Assembly: GCA_038062915.1 (NCBI GenBank) | Contig: JBBTWD010000016.1 | Location: forward strand, 27,522 to 91,521 | Length of the DNA: 64,000 nt | Source of the DNA: Patescibacteria group bacterium | GTDB taxonomy: Bacteria; Patescibacteriota; Microgenomatia; UBA8517 | Reading direction: 5' to 3' | In this document: piece after piece, positions 28,984 to 39,300 of the stretch | How the letters are laid out: each line of letters opens with the position of its first letter | Numbering within the stretch: position 1 is the first letter of the stretch | Position numbers and translations under genes: made by a program | The notes under the pieces: model-generated | The model's input: only the letters and a program-made list of their open reading frames with translations | The model's database searches: none | What the model was told of the DNA's origin: nothing

Positions 28984-29587
28984 AGATGGAAGGCAACGGA
29001 AAAAATACTCCCTTAAAAAACTTGAAGATCTCACGAAGATTAAAAGCGATTTTATAAGCGCAGTTGAAAACGAAGATTGGGGAGTTCTTCCGCCCTTTCC
29101 AACTGTTTTAGGATTTGTTAAAAGTGTCTCGGCGGCGTTGGGCATAGATGAAAAAATCGCAGTTGCCATACTCAAAAGAGATTATCCACCAAAAATAGAA
29201 GCGGTAAATCCAAAACCCGATGTTTCATCAAAATTTGTCTGGAGTCCAAAAATTACATTTGTCGTAGGGGTGGGAGTAGTCACAGCAGCAATATTGGGGT
29301 ATTTAGTCTTTCAATATTCCAGGTTTATTTCACCCCCCAAATTAGATATAGATTCGCCAGTAAATGGGCAAATTATTACAGGTCGTCTTGTGGTAGTTTC
29401 AGGAAAGACAGATTCAGATGCAAAAATTACAGCAAACAATCAAGCCGTACTGGTTAATTCTGATGGAAAGTTTGACACTAATCTTGAGGTTGATCTTGAG
29501 ACGAGGGAGGTTGTTATAAAGTCAATTTCTAGATCTGGTAAAGAAACGGTTATACATCGAACAATAAATGTTCGAGTAAATAACTAA
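28958..29587 (+). CDS. RodZ-like HTH-TM-Ig protein
   Basis: TIGQILKDGR HTH, single TM, Ig-like C-terminus; follows ftsK. Confidence 0.75.
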   Translation: MKTIGQILKDGRQRKKYSLKKLEDLTKIKSDFISAVENEDWGVLPPFPTVLGFVKSVSAALGIDEKIAVAILKRDYPPKIEAVNPKPDVSSKFVWSPKITFVVGVGVVTAAILGYLVFQYSRFISPPKLDIDSPVNGQIITGRLVVVSGKTDSDAKITANNQAVLVNSDGKFDTNLEVDLETREVVIKSISRSGKETVIHRTINVRVNN

Positions 29588-29652
29588 TTGCTCTAAGTGC
29601 TCTAATTGTTCTAATATTGCTTAGGTCAATTAGGTTAATTAGAAATTAGAAA
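29584..29652. repeat. Inverted pair of short tandem arrays (CTAA- versus TTAG-based)
   Basis: ctaattgct ctaagtgct ctaattgtt ctaat ... ttaggtcaa ttaggttaa ttagaaa ttagaaa. Confidence 0.7.
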
Positions 29653-29663
29653 TTTTTATAAAC

Positions 29664-29897
29664 ATGGATCCAGTTCAAAGACTTTTAGTTATAGTGGTAG
29701 TTTCTTTAACACTCCTTTTGGTAATTGTTGGAGTGCAGGTTATGTTAATTATTATTGATTTGAGGCGGGCCATAAAAAGATTGAACAGTATTTTAGAAGA
29801 CGCGATTCTTGGAGGAGGTTTAATTCGTCCCGAGAAACTTACTTCTGTTCTTGAGATCCTTCGCAAAAACAAAACTCTTGAGTCCCACGGCGGCTAG
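29664..29897 (+). CDS. Small single-TM hypothetical protein
   Basis: 77 aa; hydrophobic N-terminus then amphipathic helix. Confidence 0.7.
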   Translation: MDPVQRLLVIVVVSLTLLLVIVGVQVMLIIIDLRRAIKRLNSILEDAILGGGLIRPEKLTSVLEILRKNKTLESHGG

Positions 29898-29918
29898 AAG
29901 TGGTATACTTTAGCCACG

Positions 29919-31685
29919 ATGGTTACGACAAATGAAGTTCGAGAAAAATATTTAAAATTTTTTGAAAAAAGGGGTCACAAAGTTATTCCCGCCTCCCCAC
30001 TTGTTTTAGAAAATGATCCTACGACCCTTTTTACTTCAAGCGGTATGCAACAAATGATTCCATATCTTAAAGGTGAAAAACATCCGTTGGGTAAAAGGTT
30101 GGTTGACTCGCAGCCCTCAATTAGAATGCAGGATCTTGATGAGGTGGCAGACAACAGACATTATTCTTTTTTCGAGATGCTTGGCAATTGGTCTCTGGGT
30201 GACTATTTTAAGAAAGAACAACTTGACTGGATTTGGGAATTTTACACAAAAGAATTGGGACTGGATAAAAAGAGATTATATGTTTCAATATTTGCTGGGA
30301 ACAATGATGTTCCAAAAGACACAGAAAGTTACGAGATTTGGAAAAGTCTGGGGGTAGAAGAGGGCCATATCCACTTCTATGGTGCCAAAAAGAACTGGTG
30401 GAGTATAAGTGGGCTCCCAGACAAAATGCCAGCAGGTGAAATCGGCGGACCAGATAGTGAAATTTTTTTTGAATTCGATTCAGTCGAACACAATACAAAA
30501 TTTGGTCAAGAATGTCACCCCAACTGTGACTGTGGAAAATTTCTTGAGATAGGCAATTCAGTTTTTATACAGTTCAAAAAAGAAGCGGATGGAACCTTGT
30601 CTGAACTGCCACAAAAAAATGTCGATTTTGGGGGAGGTTTAGAAAGAATCACGGCCGCGGTCAATAACGATCCTGATACATTTCATATTGATTCGTTTTC
30701 AGAAATAATCAAAAAAATAGAAGAAGAGGTTGGTATAAAATATAATTCAGATTCCAAAAAAGACAAAAATTTTAGAATAATCGCGGACCATATTCGTGCT
30801 TCGACGAGTTTATTAAAAGAGGGGATTCTACCGGCCAATAAATTACATGGTTATGCATTACGAAGACTGATTCGTCGCGCAATGTTTCATTTACACTTAC
30901 TTGGAGGGGGAGTTTCTGGAACAACTTTGGCCCATATTGCAGGAGACCCAGAAGGTGCAAAAGAAGGATTTATAGAAGAAGGTAAAAGATTTGCTGATGC
31001 CTTAAAGCGCGGACTTAAAAAATTAATCAATATTGTTTCAAATGATACCAAAGTTGATGGAAAAGTAGCCTTTGATTTATACCAAACAGGTGGCTTTCCA
31101 CTTGAACTTACACTTGAAATTCTTTCCCAGAATGAAATGACTTTTAATGAAGGCGCAAAAGAAGAATTTAAAAAAGAGTTTGAAAAACACAAAAATTTAA
31201 GTAGAACAACTTCAGCTGGAATATTTAAAGGTGGGTTGTCTGATAAATCTGATAAAACGGTTACAAAACTTCATACGGCAACACACCTACTTCATGCTGC
31301 ACTTCGAGAAATTATAGGTAGTCATGTCTCACAGAAAGGAAGCCATATAACTGCCGAAAGATTACGCTTTGATTTTTCTCATCAAAATAAACTTAGCGAT
31401 GAGGAAAAAACCGAAGTTGAAAATTTAATAAATAAAAAAATTAAAGAAAACTTACCAGTTTCTTTTAAAGAAACAAGTCTTGATGATGCGATTGTCCAAG
31501 GTGCATTACATTTTTTTGCTGAAAAATACGGAAAAGATGTTAAGGTCTACTCAATCGGTGATTTTTCAAAAGAAGTTTGTGGTGGCCCGCATGTGGGGAA
31601 CACCAGTGAGGTTGGTCGTGTTAAGATTATCAAACAGGAGAAAATTGGCGCGGGAGTTATTAGAATCTACGCTAGCTTACAATGA
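29919..31685 (+). CDS. alaS: Alanine--tRNA ligase (no C-Ala domain)
   Basis: DPTTLFTSSGM, FEMLGNWS, HTATHLLH, CGGPH. Confidence 0.97.
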   Translation: MVTTNEVREKYLKFFEKRGHKVIPASPLVLENDPTTLFTSSGMQQMIPYLKGEKHPLGKRLVDSQPSIRMQDLDEVADNRHYSFFEMLGNWSLGDYFKKEQLDWIWEFYTKELGLDKKRLYVSIFAGNNDVPKDTESYEIWKSLGVEEGHIHFYGAKKNWWSISGLPDKMPAGEIGGPDSEIFFEFDSVEHNTKFGQECHPNCDCGKFLEIGNSVFIQFKKEADGTLSELPQKNVDFGGGLERITAAVNNDPDTFHIDSFSEIIKKIEEEVGIKYNSDSKKDKNFRIIADHIRASTSLLKEGILPANKLHGYALRRLIRRAMFHLHLLGGGVSGTTLAHIAGDPEGAKEGFIEEGKRFADALKRGLKKLINIVSNDTKVDGKVAFDLYQTGGFPLELTLEILSQNEMTFNEGAKEEFKKEFEKHKNLSRTTSAGIFKGGLSDKSDKTVTKLHTATHLLHAALREIIGSHVSQKGSHITAERLRFDFSHQNKLSDEEKTEVENLINKKIKENLPVSFKETSLDDAIVQGALHFFAEKYGKDVKVYSIGDFSKEVCGGPHVGNTSEVGRVKIIKQEKIGAGVIRIYASLQ

Positions 31686-33691
31686 AAATGAATTTGAAAG
31701 ACTTTTTTGCCCAAAAAGAAAAACCGCCGGAAACGTATTGGTCATTGGTTCTTGAACCTGGTTGGGTACAGGCTGGTATTTGGCACATAACGGACAGTGT
31801 GGCTCAGGTGATAACAAGTAGTCCCGCAACGCCCTGGGAAGCTAACGATGAACTTATAGGGGCAATCGATACTGCACTTTCTTCCGCTGTTCAAAAACTT
31901 CCAGAAGGAGCTTCTGAACCCACAAAAACTGTTTTTGGGGTAAGTAGCAATTGGATAAAAGATGGAGAAATCGGTAGTGAATATCTAGAAAAAATTAAAA
32001 AGGTTTGTGAAGATCTTTCCTTAACCCCAACCGGCTTTGTAGTACTCCCCGAGGCAATCGCCCATTATTACAAATCTATTGAGGGGGTACCTATCAACTC
32101 TATAATTTTAGGTCTTGGTAAGAATTTTTTGGAGGTTTCTGTTTTTTCGTTGGGAAATTTAGTTGGAACATCAAGTGTTGCAAGGAGCGTTTCTTTAGCT
32201 GACGACGTGGTCGAGGGTTTATCAAGGTTTGAGGGGGCAAGCCCTCTTCCTTCTAGGATAATTATATTTAATGGTCGGGGTGGCGAACTTGAAGAAGCAA
32301 GAGATACCCTTTCCGGGGTTGCCTGGGATCAAAATACAAAAATCCAATTTTTACACACACCTAAGGTTGAAATTTTAGAATCCGACAAAAAAGTCCTTGC
32401 CACATCACTAGCTGGAGCGGCTGAAATTGGTCAGGCTTCAGCGATATCTAATGTTTCTGAAGTTTCAGCCACTACCTCACTTGCGAATCTTGGATTTTCT
32501 GTCGGGAAAGATGTTTCAGAGGAGGTTTTGCCACCCCCACCATCTCCTGTAGTCCAAAAGCCTGAACTTTACCTAACAAAACTAAAAAGTTTCTTTACTG
32601 GCAAAAAATTCACACCCCTTATAGTTATTTTTGGGGTTTTTATATTTGGTTTAATATTTTTTTGGTGGTTTTATCCTAAAGCCACAGTATCGATCTATGT
32701 TTCTCCTCAAAAGTTTGAGGAAGAGTTTGATATTTCATTTGATGTCAACGAAATTAATAAAGTAAGCGTTTCAGGAGAAAAAACTAAATCCGCAACCGGA
32801 ACGAAATTAATTGGAGAAAAAGCTAAAGGTGTCGTGAGTTTGAGAAATGGCACAGATTCTCCTATAAACTTTCCAGCTAGCACGGTTTTGGTGTCTTCGG
32901 GGGACTTAAGATTTAGTTTAAACGAAACCGCTTCGGTTTCTGCCGCAATTGACGCTGATAATCCGGGAACTGCCGGGGCCAATGTGACTGCTCTCGACCT
33001 TGGGTCGGCTTACAATTTAGCTAAAGATGAAGTTTTTAAGGTTGGCAATTATCCTAAGGCGGATGCTTATGCAAAATCTACTTTGGATTTTTCAGGCGGG
33101 TCAAGTAGGGAGATTTCAGCTGTAAACATAGAAGATCGAGAAAAACTCTTAAACGAATTAACAAACGAACTTTCCGATAAAGCTAGGGGGGAATTTTTGG
33201 TAAAAACTAATAATGATCAAGTTTTTGTTAATTCGTTTGCTGTTTTTGAAATAGATAAACAATCTTTTAGTCACAAGATTGGGGATGAGGCGGATACTCT
33301 AAAACTAGATCTATCCATGATCGCTACTGGAGTTATTACAAATAAGCAACGTTTGGCTGACTTTGTTAGGGAAAAATTAAAAGACAAAATTCCCCAGGGA
33401 TTTGTTTTAAGAGATACACAAGTGGATTATAAATTTGAATTTATAGATGCTGATGGGGAAAAATATAATTATAAAATGACTACAACCGTTAATTTTTTAC
33501 CAGAGATCAAAACAGAGGAAATAATCAAAAAGATCACTGGTAAGTTGCCTCAACTGGTTGAAGAGTATCTTTCATCAACTCCCGGTTTTTCTCGAGCCGA
33601 AATTCGCGTCACCCCTCTCCTTTTTGGTAAATTTGCAACTTTACCAAGGGTAGCTAAAAACATTACCATAGAGGTCGTAGCGGAAAAATGA
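31682..33691 (+). CDS. Bitopic protein: FtsA/PilM-like N-domain, TM, baseplate-J-like external domain
   Basis: GFVVLPEAIA and ILGLGKNFLEVSVF; TM near aa 311-331; AKGVVSLRN, GSAYNL, FSGGSSREI. Confidence 0.6.
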   Translation: MKMNLKDFFAQKEKPPETYWSLVLEPGWVQAGIWHITDSVAQVITSSPATPWEANDELIGAIDTALSSAVQKLPEGASEPTKTVFGVSSNWIKDGEIGSEYLEKIKKVCEDLSLTPTGFVVLPEAIAHYYKSIEGVPINSIILGLGKNFLEVSVFSLGNLVGTSSVARSVSLADDVVEGLSRFEGASPLPSRIIIFNGRGGELEEARDTLSGVAWDQNTKIQFLHTPKVEILESDKKVLATSLAGAAEIGQASAISNVSEVSATTSLANLGFSVGKDVSEEVLPPPPSPVVQKPELYLTKLKSFFTGKKFTPLIVIFGVFIFGLIFFWWFYPKATVSIYVSPQKFEEEFDISFDVNEINKVSVSGEKTKSATGTKLIGEKAKGVVSLRNGTDSPINFPASTVLVSSGDLRFSLNETASVSAAIDADNPGTAGANVTALDLGSAYNLAKDEVFKVGNYPKADAYAKSTLDFSGGSSREISAVNIEDREKLLNELTNELSDKARGEFLVKTNNDQVFVNSFAVFEIDKQSFSHKIGDEADTLKLDLSMIATGVITNKQRLADFVREKLKDKIPQGFVLRDTQVDYKFEFIDADGEKYNYKMTTTVNFLPEIKTEEIIKKITGKLPQLVEEYLSSTPGFSRAEIRVTPLLFGKFATLPRVAKNITIEVVAEK

Positions 33692-34380
33692 CTCAAAAAA
33701 TAATTCTTCGAATAGCAGCAGCAGTATCAGGGATATCTGGAACAATCATCCTAATTGGAGTGTTTTATCCAATTGTTTCATATAATAATACCTATTCTCA
33801 AAAATATCCAAATTTAATTTCACCCATCTCCGAAAAAAAACCAGTTAATATTGAAGAAGTAGATTATACCCAGGCAAGCAATTGGTTTACAGGAGGAGCA
33901 AAAAAAGAAGATTTTATTTCGAGTAAGGTTGAATATTACACGATTTCTATTCCAAAATTGAAGATCGAAAATGCAACAGTTGCCATAGGGGGGAATGATT
34001 TAAGTCAACACATTATTCAATATCCCGGGACAGCCCTACCCGGGAAGCGTGGTAACTCTGTCCTTTTTGGTCATTCGATCTTGCCCATTTTTTATAACCC
34101 TAAAGATTATCTATCGATTTTTTCTCTTTTACCGAGTTTAAAAATAGGAAACGAAATTTTTATTGAATATGACGGTGTTTCATATAAATACAGAGTTGAG
34201 AATATGTTCGAAGTTTTGCCTACCGATATTCAAGTTTTGGAGCAGGATGATTCTGATTCATTTTTATCTCTTGTAACCTGTGTTCCTCCGGGTGACCCCA
34301 GGAAACCAAAAAGGCTAATAGTCAGGGCAAGGGTGGTTCCACCAGAAGAACTTACATACAATGAAAATTCTAGCAATTGA
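33688..34380 (+). CDS. Sortase
   Basis: N-terminal TM, ISIPKL, GNSVLFGHS, LSLVTC, RLIVRA (His-Cys-Arg triad). Confidence 0.93.
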   Translation: MTQKIILRIAAAVSGISGTIILIGVFYPIVSYNNTYSQKYPNLISPISEKKPVNIEEVDYTQASNWFTGGAKKEDFISSKVEYYTISIPKLKIENATVAIGGNDLSQHIIQYPGTALPGKRGNSVLFGHSILPIFYNPKDYLSIFSLLPSLKIGNEIFIEYDGVSYKYRVENMFEVLPTDIQVLEQDDSDSFLSLVTCVPPGDPRKPKRLIVRARVVPPEELTYNENSSN

Positions 34381-34708
34381 TTACGGTAGAAGTAAGATTG
34401 GGCTGGCCACAGCAGAGGGCCCCTTGGCAGGGCCCTGGAAGGTCGTTGGTTTAAACGAATTGAATGAAATTTTAAAAAAAGAAAAATTTGATAAATTGGT
34501 TGTTGGAGTTTCATCGGGAACTATGGCAGAGGAACAAAAAAAGTTTGCCAAAAATATCGGCGCTGAAACTTTTGATGAAACCTTAACTACTAAAGAGGCC
34601 CAAAGACTTTCGTTGGAAGCTGGAATGGGAAGGAAAAAAAGAAGAGATATGGAAGATGCATTTGCAGCAGCCCTTATGCTACAATCTTATTTGGACTCAA
34701 ATGTTTAA
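34361..34708 (+). CDS. yqgF: YqgF/RuvX RNase-H-like protein
   Basis: ILAIDYGRSKIGLA, DETLTT, DAFAAALMLQSYLD. Confidence 0.92.
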   Translation: MKILAIDYGRSKIGLATAEGPLAGPWKVVGLNELNEILKKEKFDKLVVGVSSGTMAEEQKKFAKNIGAETFDETLTTKEAQRLSLEAGMGRKKRRDMEDAFAAALMLQSYLDSNV

Positions 34709-34895
34709 AAATGTCATAGCGCCGATTCAGGCATGGTTGCTCTCGCAAGGGAAATGCGTTGGTTGTGGGGCACTTCTTTCTGAAGGGAAAAGCAAGTCTA
34801 CTAAGTTTGGTGAACAAATAACTTGTAAAAAGTGTGGAAGAATTTTTATTAAAGAAAGCGGTAAGTATAGACGTGCACTTCTCGAAGAAGTGTAG
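34701..34895 (+). CDS. Small C4 zinc-ribbon protein
   Basis: CVGC...CKKCGRIF; ATG 34701 overlaps the yqgF end. Confidence 0.75.
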   Translation: MFKNVIAPIQAWLLSQGKCVGCGALLSEGKSKSTKFGEQITCKKCGRIFIKESGKYRRALLEEV

Positions 34896-34901
34896 CTCGA
34901 A

Positions 34902-34930
34902 TTTCCAGTCCCCAATTGCCAGTCTCCAGT
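34902..34930 (-). repeat. Heptamer array AYTGGNN x4 (left flank)
   Basis: Minus strand: actggag actggca attgggg actggaa. Confidence 0.75.
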
Positions 34931-34948
34931 GAATTATCAAATTATAAA

Positions 34949-35230
34949 TTACGAATTTTTCTTTTCAAGAGTGATTATTGATGAAGTTAATATTTTAACT
35001 ATCTCCTTACCTTCTGCGGTTAGCTCTCCACATTCTTGCTCTACTTTACCAAGTGCCTCCAATGCCTAAATATAATTTGCCCCAGGCGAAGCCGAAGATC
35101 TTATGAGTTGGCTTCCGTACTCAAGGTTAAACTGAGTTCTTGGTAGGGTTGAAGTTATTTTTTGGGATCTTTGTCCAAACCGCTTTAGTCTTTCCAAGAA
35201 AGCTTCTGAATCAAACTTACTGGTGGACAT
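34949..35230 (-). pseudogene. Four-helix-bundle (23S rRNA IVP-like) protein pseudogene
   Basis: MSTSKFDSEAFLERLKRF...GSQLIRSSASPGANYI*ALEALGK...EGKEIVKILTSSI; TAG at 35066-68; shorter than typical members. Confidence 0.85.
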
Positions 35231-35277
35231 TATTTTAGTTTAGCACTTATAATTTGCAATTATTAACTCGTGATTCT

Positions 35278-35306
35278 TTGGAAACTGGAAACTGGCGACT
35301 GGAAAC
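35278..35306 (+). repeat. Heptamer array AYTGGNN (right flank, inverted relative to left)
   Basis: ttggaa actggaa actggcg actggaa. Confidence 0.75.
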
Positions 35307-35326
35307 TTTATACTTAGCTTTGACAA

Positions 35327-36250
35327 ATGAAACGACTATTACTTTTACCCATTGCTTTAGTTTTAATTGCTGTCACATTGGTCTTTTGGTTTAGGTCAAA
35401 TACAAAATCAGTTTCTTCTGACAAGAATTTTAAAGATTTCTTGATCGTAAAAGGATCGGGAGCAAGCCAAATTGGCAACAAGCTCTATGATGAAGATTTA
35501 ATTAAAAATCCATTGGTTTTCAAAATTTATATCCAGATATCGGGACAGGCTGGTAAAATTCAGGCAGGTGAGTACAGGCTCTCACCCAGCCTTTCTCTGT
35601 TTGAAGTAGTTACCCAACTACTCCGAGGACCGGCAGAAATTTGGATAACAATTCCGGAAGGACTTAGGCGTGAAGAAGTTGCAGAAAGATTTTCTAAGGC
35701 TTTGGGTAAAGATGAAGTTTTTACTAAAGAATTTTTAAGCTCATCTTCTGATGAAGAAGGATATCTTTTCCCAGATACATATCTTTTCCCTAAAACCGCT
35801 AGTGCTTCAGCAATTGTTAACAAAATGACAAACACTTTTGATAGCAGGACCTCAAAAATGAATCTAACGCGAGACCGGGTGATATTAGCCTCGTTAGTTG
35901 AAAGGGAAACAAAAACTAGTCAGGAGCGCCCAATTGTGGCTGGAATTTTACTCAATCGAATTGAGATTGGAATGGCTCTTCAGGTCGACGCTACTTTGCA
36001 ATATGTCAATGGCACATGGGGTTTAATTAATTCATCTGATAAAAAAACAAATTCGCCATATAACACATACAAATTTCCAGGGCTTCCTCCTGGTCCCATA
36101 GCAAGCCCCGGGTTAAGCTCTCTTGAGGCTGTGGTTAATCCAAGCGATTCTGATTACCTATATTATCTTCATAATTCAAAAGGACAAATTTATTATGCAA
36201 AAACACTGGCAGAACACAATGAAAATATAAGAAGGTACTTGACAGATTGA
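35327..36250 (+). CDS. mltG: Endolytic transglycosylase MltG
   Basis: ITIPEG, EGYLFPDTY, ASLVERE, SPYNTY, GLPPGPI. Confidence 0.95.
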   Translation: MKRLLLLPIALVLIAVTLVFWFRSNTKSVSSDKNFKDFLIVKGSGASQIGNKLYDEDLIKNPLVFKIYIQISGQAGKIQAGEYRLSPSLSLFEVVTQLLRGPAEIWITIPEGLRREEVAERFSKALGKDEVFTKEFLSSSSDEEGYLFPDTYLFPKTASASAIVNKMTNTFDSRTSKMNLTRDRVILASLVERETKTSQERPIVAGILLNRIEIGMALQVDATLQYVNGTWGLINSSDKKTNSPYNTYKFPGLPPGPIASPGLSSLEAVVNPSDSDYLYYLHNSKGQIYYAKTLAEHNENIRRYLTD

Positions 36251-36266
36251 TAATTCAATTTATAAT
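36239..36266 (+). promoter_or_regulatory. rpoB promoter
   Basis: TTGACA-16bp-TATAAT. Confidence 0.7.
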
Positions 36267-36323
36267 CTCCACTTAGGCGTACAAGCAGGATCGGTACGTC
36301 CTTTCTGTGTCTACTAAAAGCTA

Positions 36324-39300
36324 ATGACTCAAGCTAAAAAACGTCGAAATTTCGGAAAAGAAGAAAAAGATCTACCTGAAATTAATTTGTCGTTGGTTCA
36401 AAAAGAATCTTGGGGGTGGTTTTTGACGGAAGGGATAAAAGAAGAACTTGTTAACGTTTCACCAATTGATGACTTTACTGGAAAAAACTGGCAGCTTAAA
36501 CTTGGCGACCACACTCTTCTTCCCCCGACAATTACTCCAAAAGTGGCTGAAATTAAAGGATTAACATATTCATCTTCACTTAAAATTCGTGCAACCCTAG
36601 TTAATAAAAAAACAGGTAAAGAAGTATCTCAAGATGTATTTTTAGGAGATGTACCTCAAATGACAACTCGAGGAACATTTATTGTCAACGGTATTGAACG
36701 AGCTGTTATTAACCAAATAGTGCGCTCTCCTGGAGTTTATTTTTCTGGAGAACTCGACGCATCGAGTGGCCGAATATTATATAAAGCAGAGGTCAGGCCA
36801 CTTCACGGAAGCTGGTTGGAATTTGAAGTAACCAGGAGCGATCTTATTTATGCTAGAATTGATAGACGCCGAAAGGTTTTGGCGACTGTATTTTTAAGGG
36901 CAATTGGGGTCGCGACAGACCAAGAAATAGCTTCTGTTTTTGCAGATATAGATAAAGGGGCCGATCATAAATATATAGGCACCACTCTTGCAAAAGACTT
37001 GGCTAAATCCAGAGAAGAAGCCCTGCTTGAAATTTATAGAAAACTTCGTCCAGGAGAACCTGTGATCTTGGACAATGCCAAATCTCTTTTTGAAACTCTT
37101 TTCCTTGACCATAGAAGATACGATATGGGAAAGGTGGGCAGATTCAAAGTAAATAGAAGGCTTGGACTCAATCTTCCCAATGATAAGGCGACATGGGTTT
37201 TAACCAAACAAGATGTGGTGGCCACACTTTCTTACTTAATTAATCTTCAAAATGGTATCGGTAGGATTGACGATATTGACCATTTGGCAAATAGGCGGCT
37301 CCGTCGTGTTGGGGAGCTTGTTGCTGTTAACGCTTTTCGAGTTGGACTACTTCGGCTTGAGAGGTCAATTAAAGAGAAAATGAGTTTAATTTCCCCCGAT
37401 GATAAACCGCTTCCAGCAAACTTGATTAATGCAAGACCTTTGATCGCCTCTCTTAATGAATTTTTCAGAAGTAACCAACTTTCTACAATTCTGGATGATA
37501 CGAATCCATTAAGTGAAGTTGATAATTTAAGGCGTGTATCTGTTTTGGGGCCAGGTGGAATCAATAGGGAGAGGGCAAGCTTTTCAATCCGTGACGTTAA
37601 TGCCTCACAATATGGCAGGATTGATCCCGTAAGATCTCCGGAAGGTCCTAATATTGGACTTGTTACCTATTTGGCTTTATATGCAAGAGTTAACGAGTTT
37701 GGATTTATAGAAACACCATATAGGAAAGTTGAGAAAAAGAAAATCACAAGCGAAACTGTTTATTTGGCCGCAGATGATGAAGAAAATTTTTACATTACCC
37801 ATTCAGGCGTAAATATAGACAAAAACGGAAATATTACTGACAAGCGTGTGCCATTGAGGTTTGCTGGTAAGTTTATTGAAGGATCAAGTGACTTGGTCAA
37901 CTATATTGATGTAACACCAAGACAGGTTATAGGTGCTTCGGCTTCTTTAATTCCGTTCTTGGCCAACGATGAAGGAAACAGAGCGCTTATGGGAAGCAAT
38001 ATGCAGTGTCAATCTGTCCCCCTTGTTAATCCGGAATCACCGATTATAGGAACCGGAATGGAAGGGATTATTGCTCAAGGCATGGGAAGAGTAATTAGGG
38101 CTAGGCACGCAGGGGTAGTTGAGTACGCTGATAATGAAAAAGTAGTCGTAAAACTAGATGCAAAAATATCAATAGATTCAAAGACCAATGAAGAAGAAAT
38201 AATTGAAGGTGGCAGAAAAGAAGTTTACGGTTTAACTAAATTTAGACGTACCGCCCATTCGACATGCTATAACCAGATTTTAAGAGTTTCGCCTGGCGAT
38301 AGGGTTCAGGCAGGGGATCTTCTTATTGATGGCCCAGCCTCTCAAAATGGAGAGCTTGGACTGGGTCGTAATTTAGTAATTGCCTATACAAATTTTGGGG
38401 GTTATGGATTCGAGGATGCAATTTTAGTTTCAGATAGACTAGTTAGAGAAGACCTTTTGACATCCGTCCATATTGAAGAATACGACGCTGAAGTAGTTGA
38501 CACCAAACTGGGTCCCGAAGAGCTTACTCGGGATATTCCCAATGTTGCAGAAATGGAACTTGCAAGTCTTGCAGAGGATGGAATTGTGGTAATCGGTGCT
38601 GAAGTTTCTCCAAACGATATATTGGTGGGTAAAATAGCCCCTAAGGGAGAGACTGAACTAACAAGTGAGGAAAGATTATTAAGAGCCATCTTTGGAGAAA
38701 AAGCCAGAGAAGTAAGAGATACGTCATTACGTGTTCCACATGGAGAAAAAGGAATTGTGGTTGATGTACAAGTTTTAGATCGTGAGAAAGGTGATGAACT
38801 AGGGCCCGGCGTAATTAAAAAAGTAGTTGTCAAGGTTGCTCAAATTAGAAAAATAACTGTTGGAGATAAGGTTGCTGGTCGACATGGGAATAAGGGAGTT
38901 ATTGCCAAGATCATGCCCGTAGGTGATATGCCATATTTAGATGACGGAACACCGGTTGACATTATCATTTCTCCACTTTCTGTTTTATCCCGTATGAACT
39001 TAGGTCAACTGATGGAAGCCCACCTTGGCTGGGCACTTAGTAAAAAAGGTGAAAAGGTCGCACTACCTGTTTTTGATAAAATTGATGAAAATATTATAGC
39101 TCGCGAACTGGAAGAAGCAGGACTTCCGGTTAATGGAAAAACCAGACTTCATGATGGAAGAACCGGCGAGGTTTTTAAAGAAGATACTGTAGTGGGGATT
39201 AGTTACATTATGAAACTTACCCACATGGTTGAGGATAAAACTCATGCCAGGTCCACCGGCCCATACTCACTTGTTACCCAGCAACCACTGGGCGGAAAAG

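Noticed and set aside
31682-33691. Prophage suggested by the baseplate-like domain
   Set aside because: No other phage genes or integrase; the gene is translationally coupled within a housekeeping run
34674-34940. 88-aa minus ORF beginning MIIHWRLAIGDWK
   Set aside because: Translation of the heptamer array plus antisense of the zinc-ribbon gene
35066-35068. In-frame TAG as stop-codon reassignment or readthrough
   Set aside because: TAG ends ordinary genes here (fusA, rpsD, Lon-AAA), TGA is also used as stop, and the gene seems to carry a deletion as well
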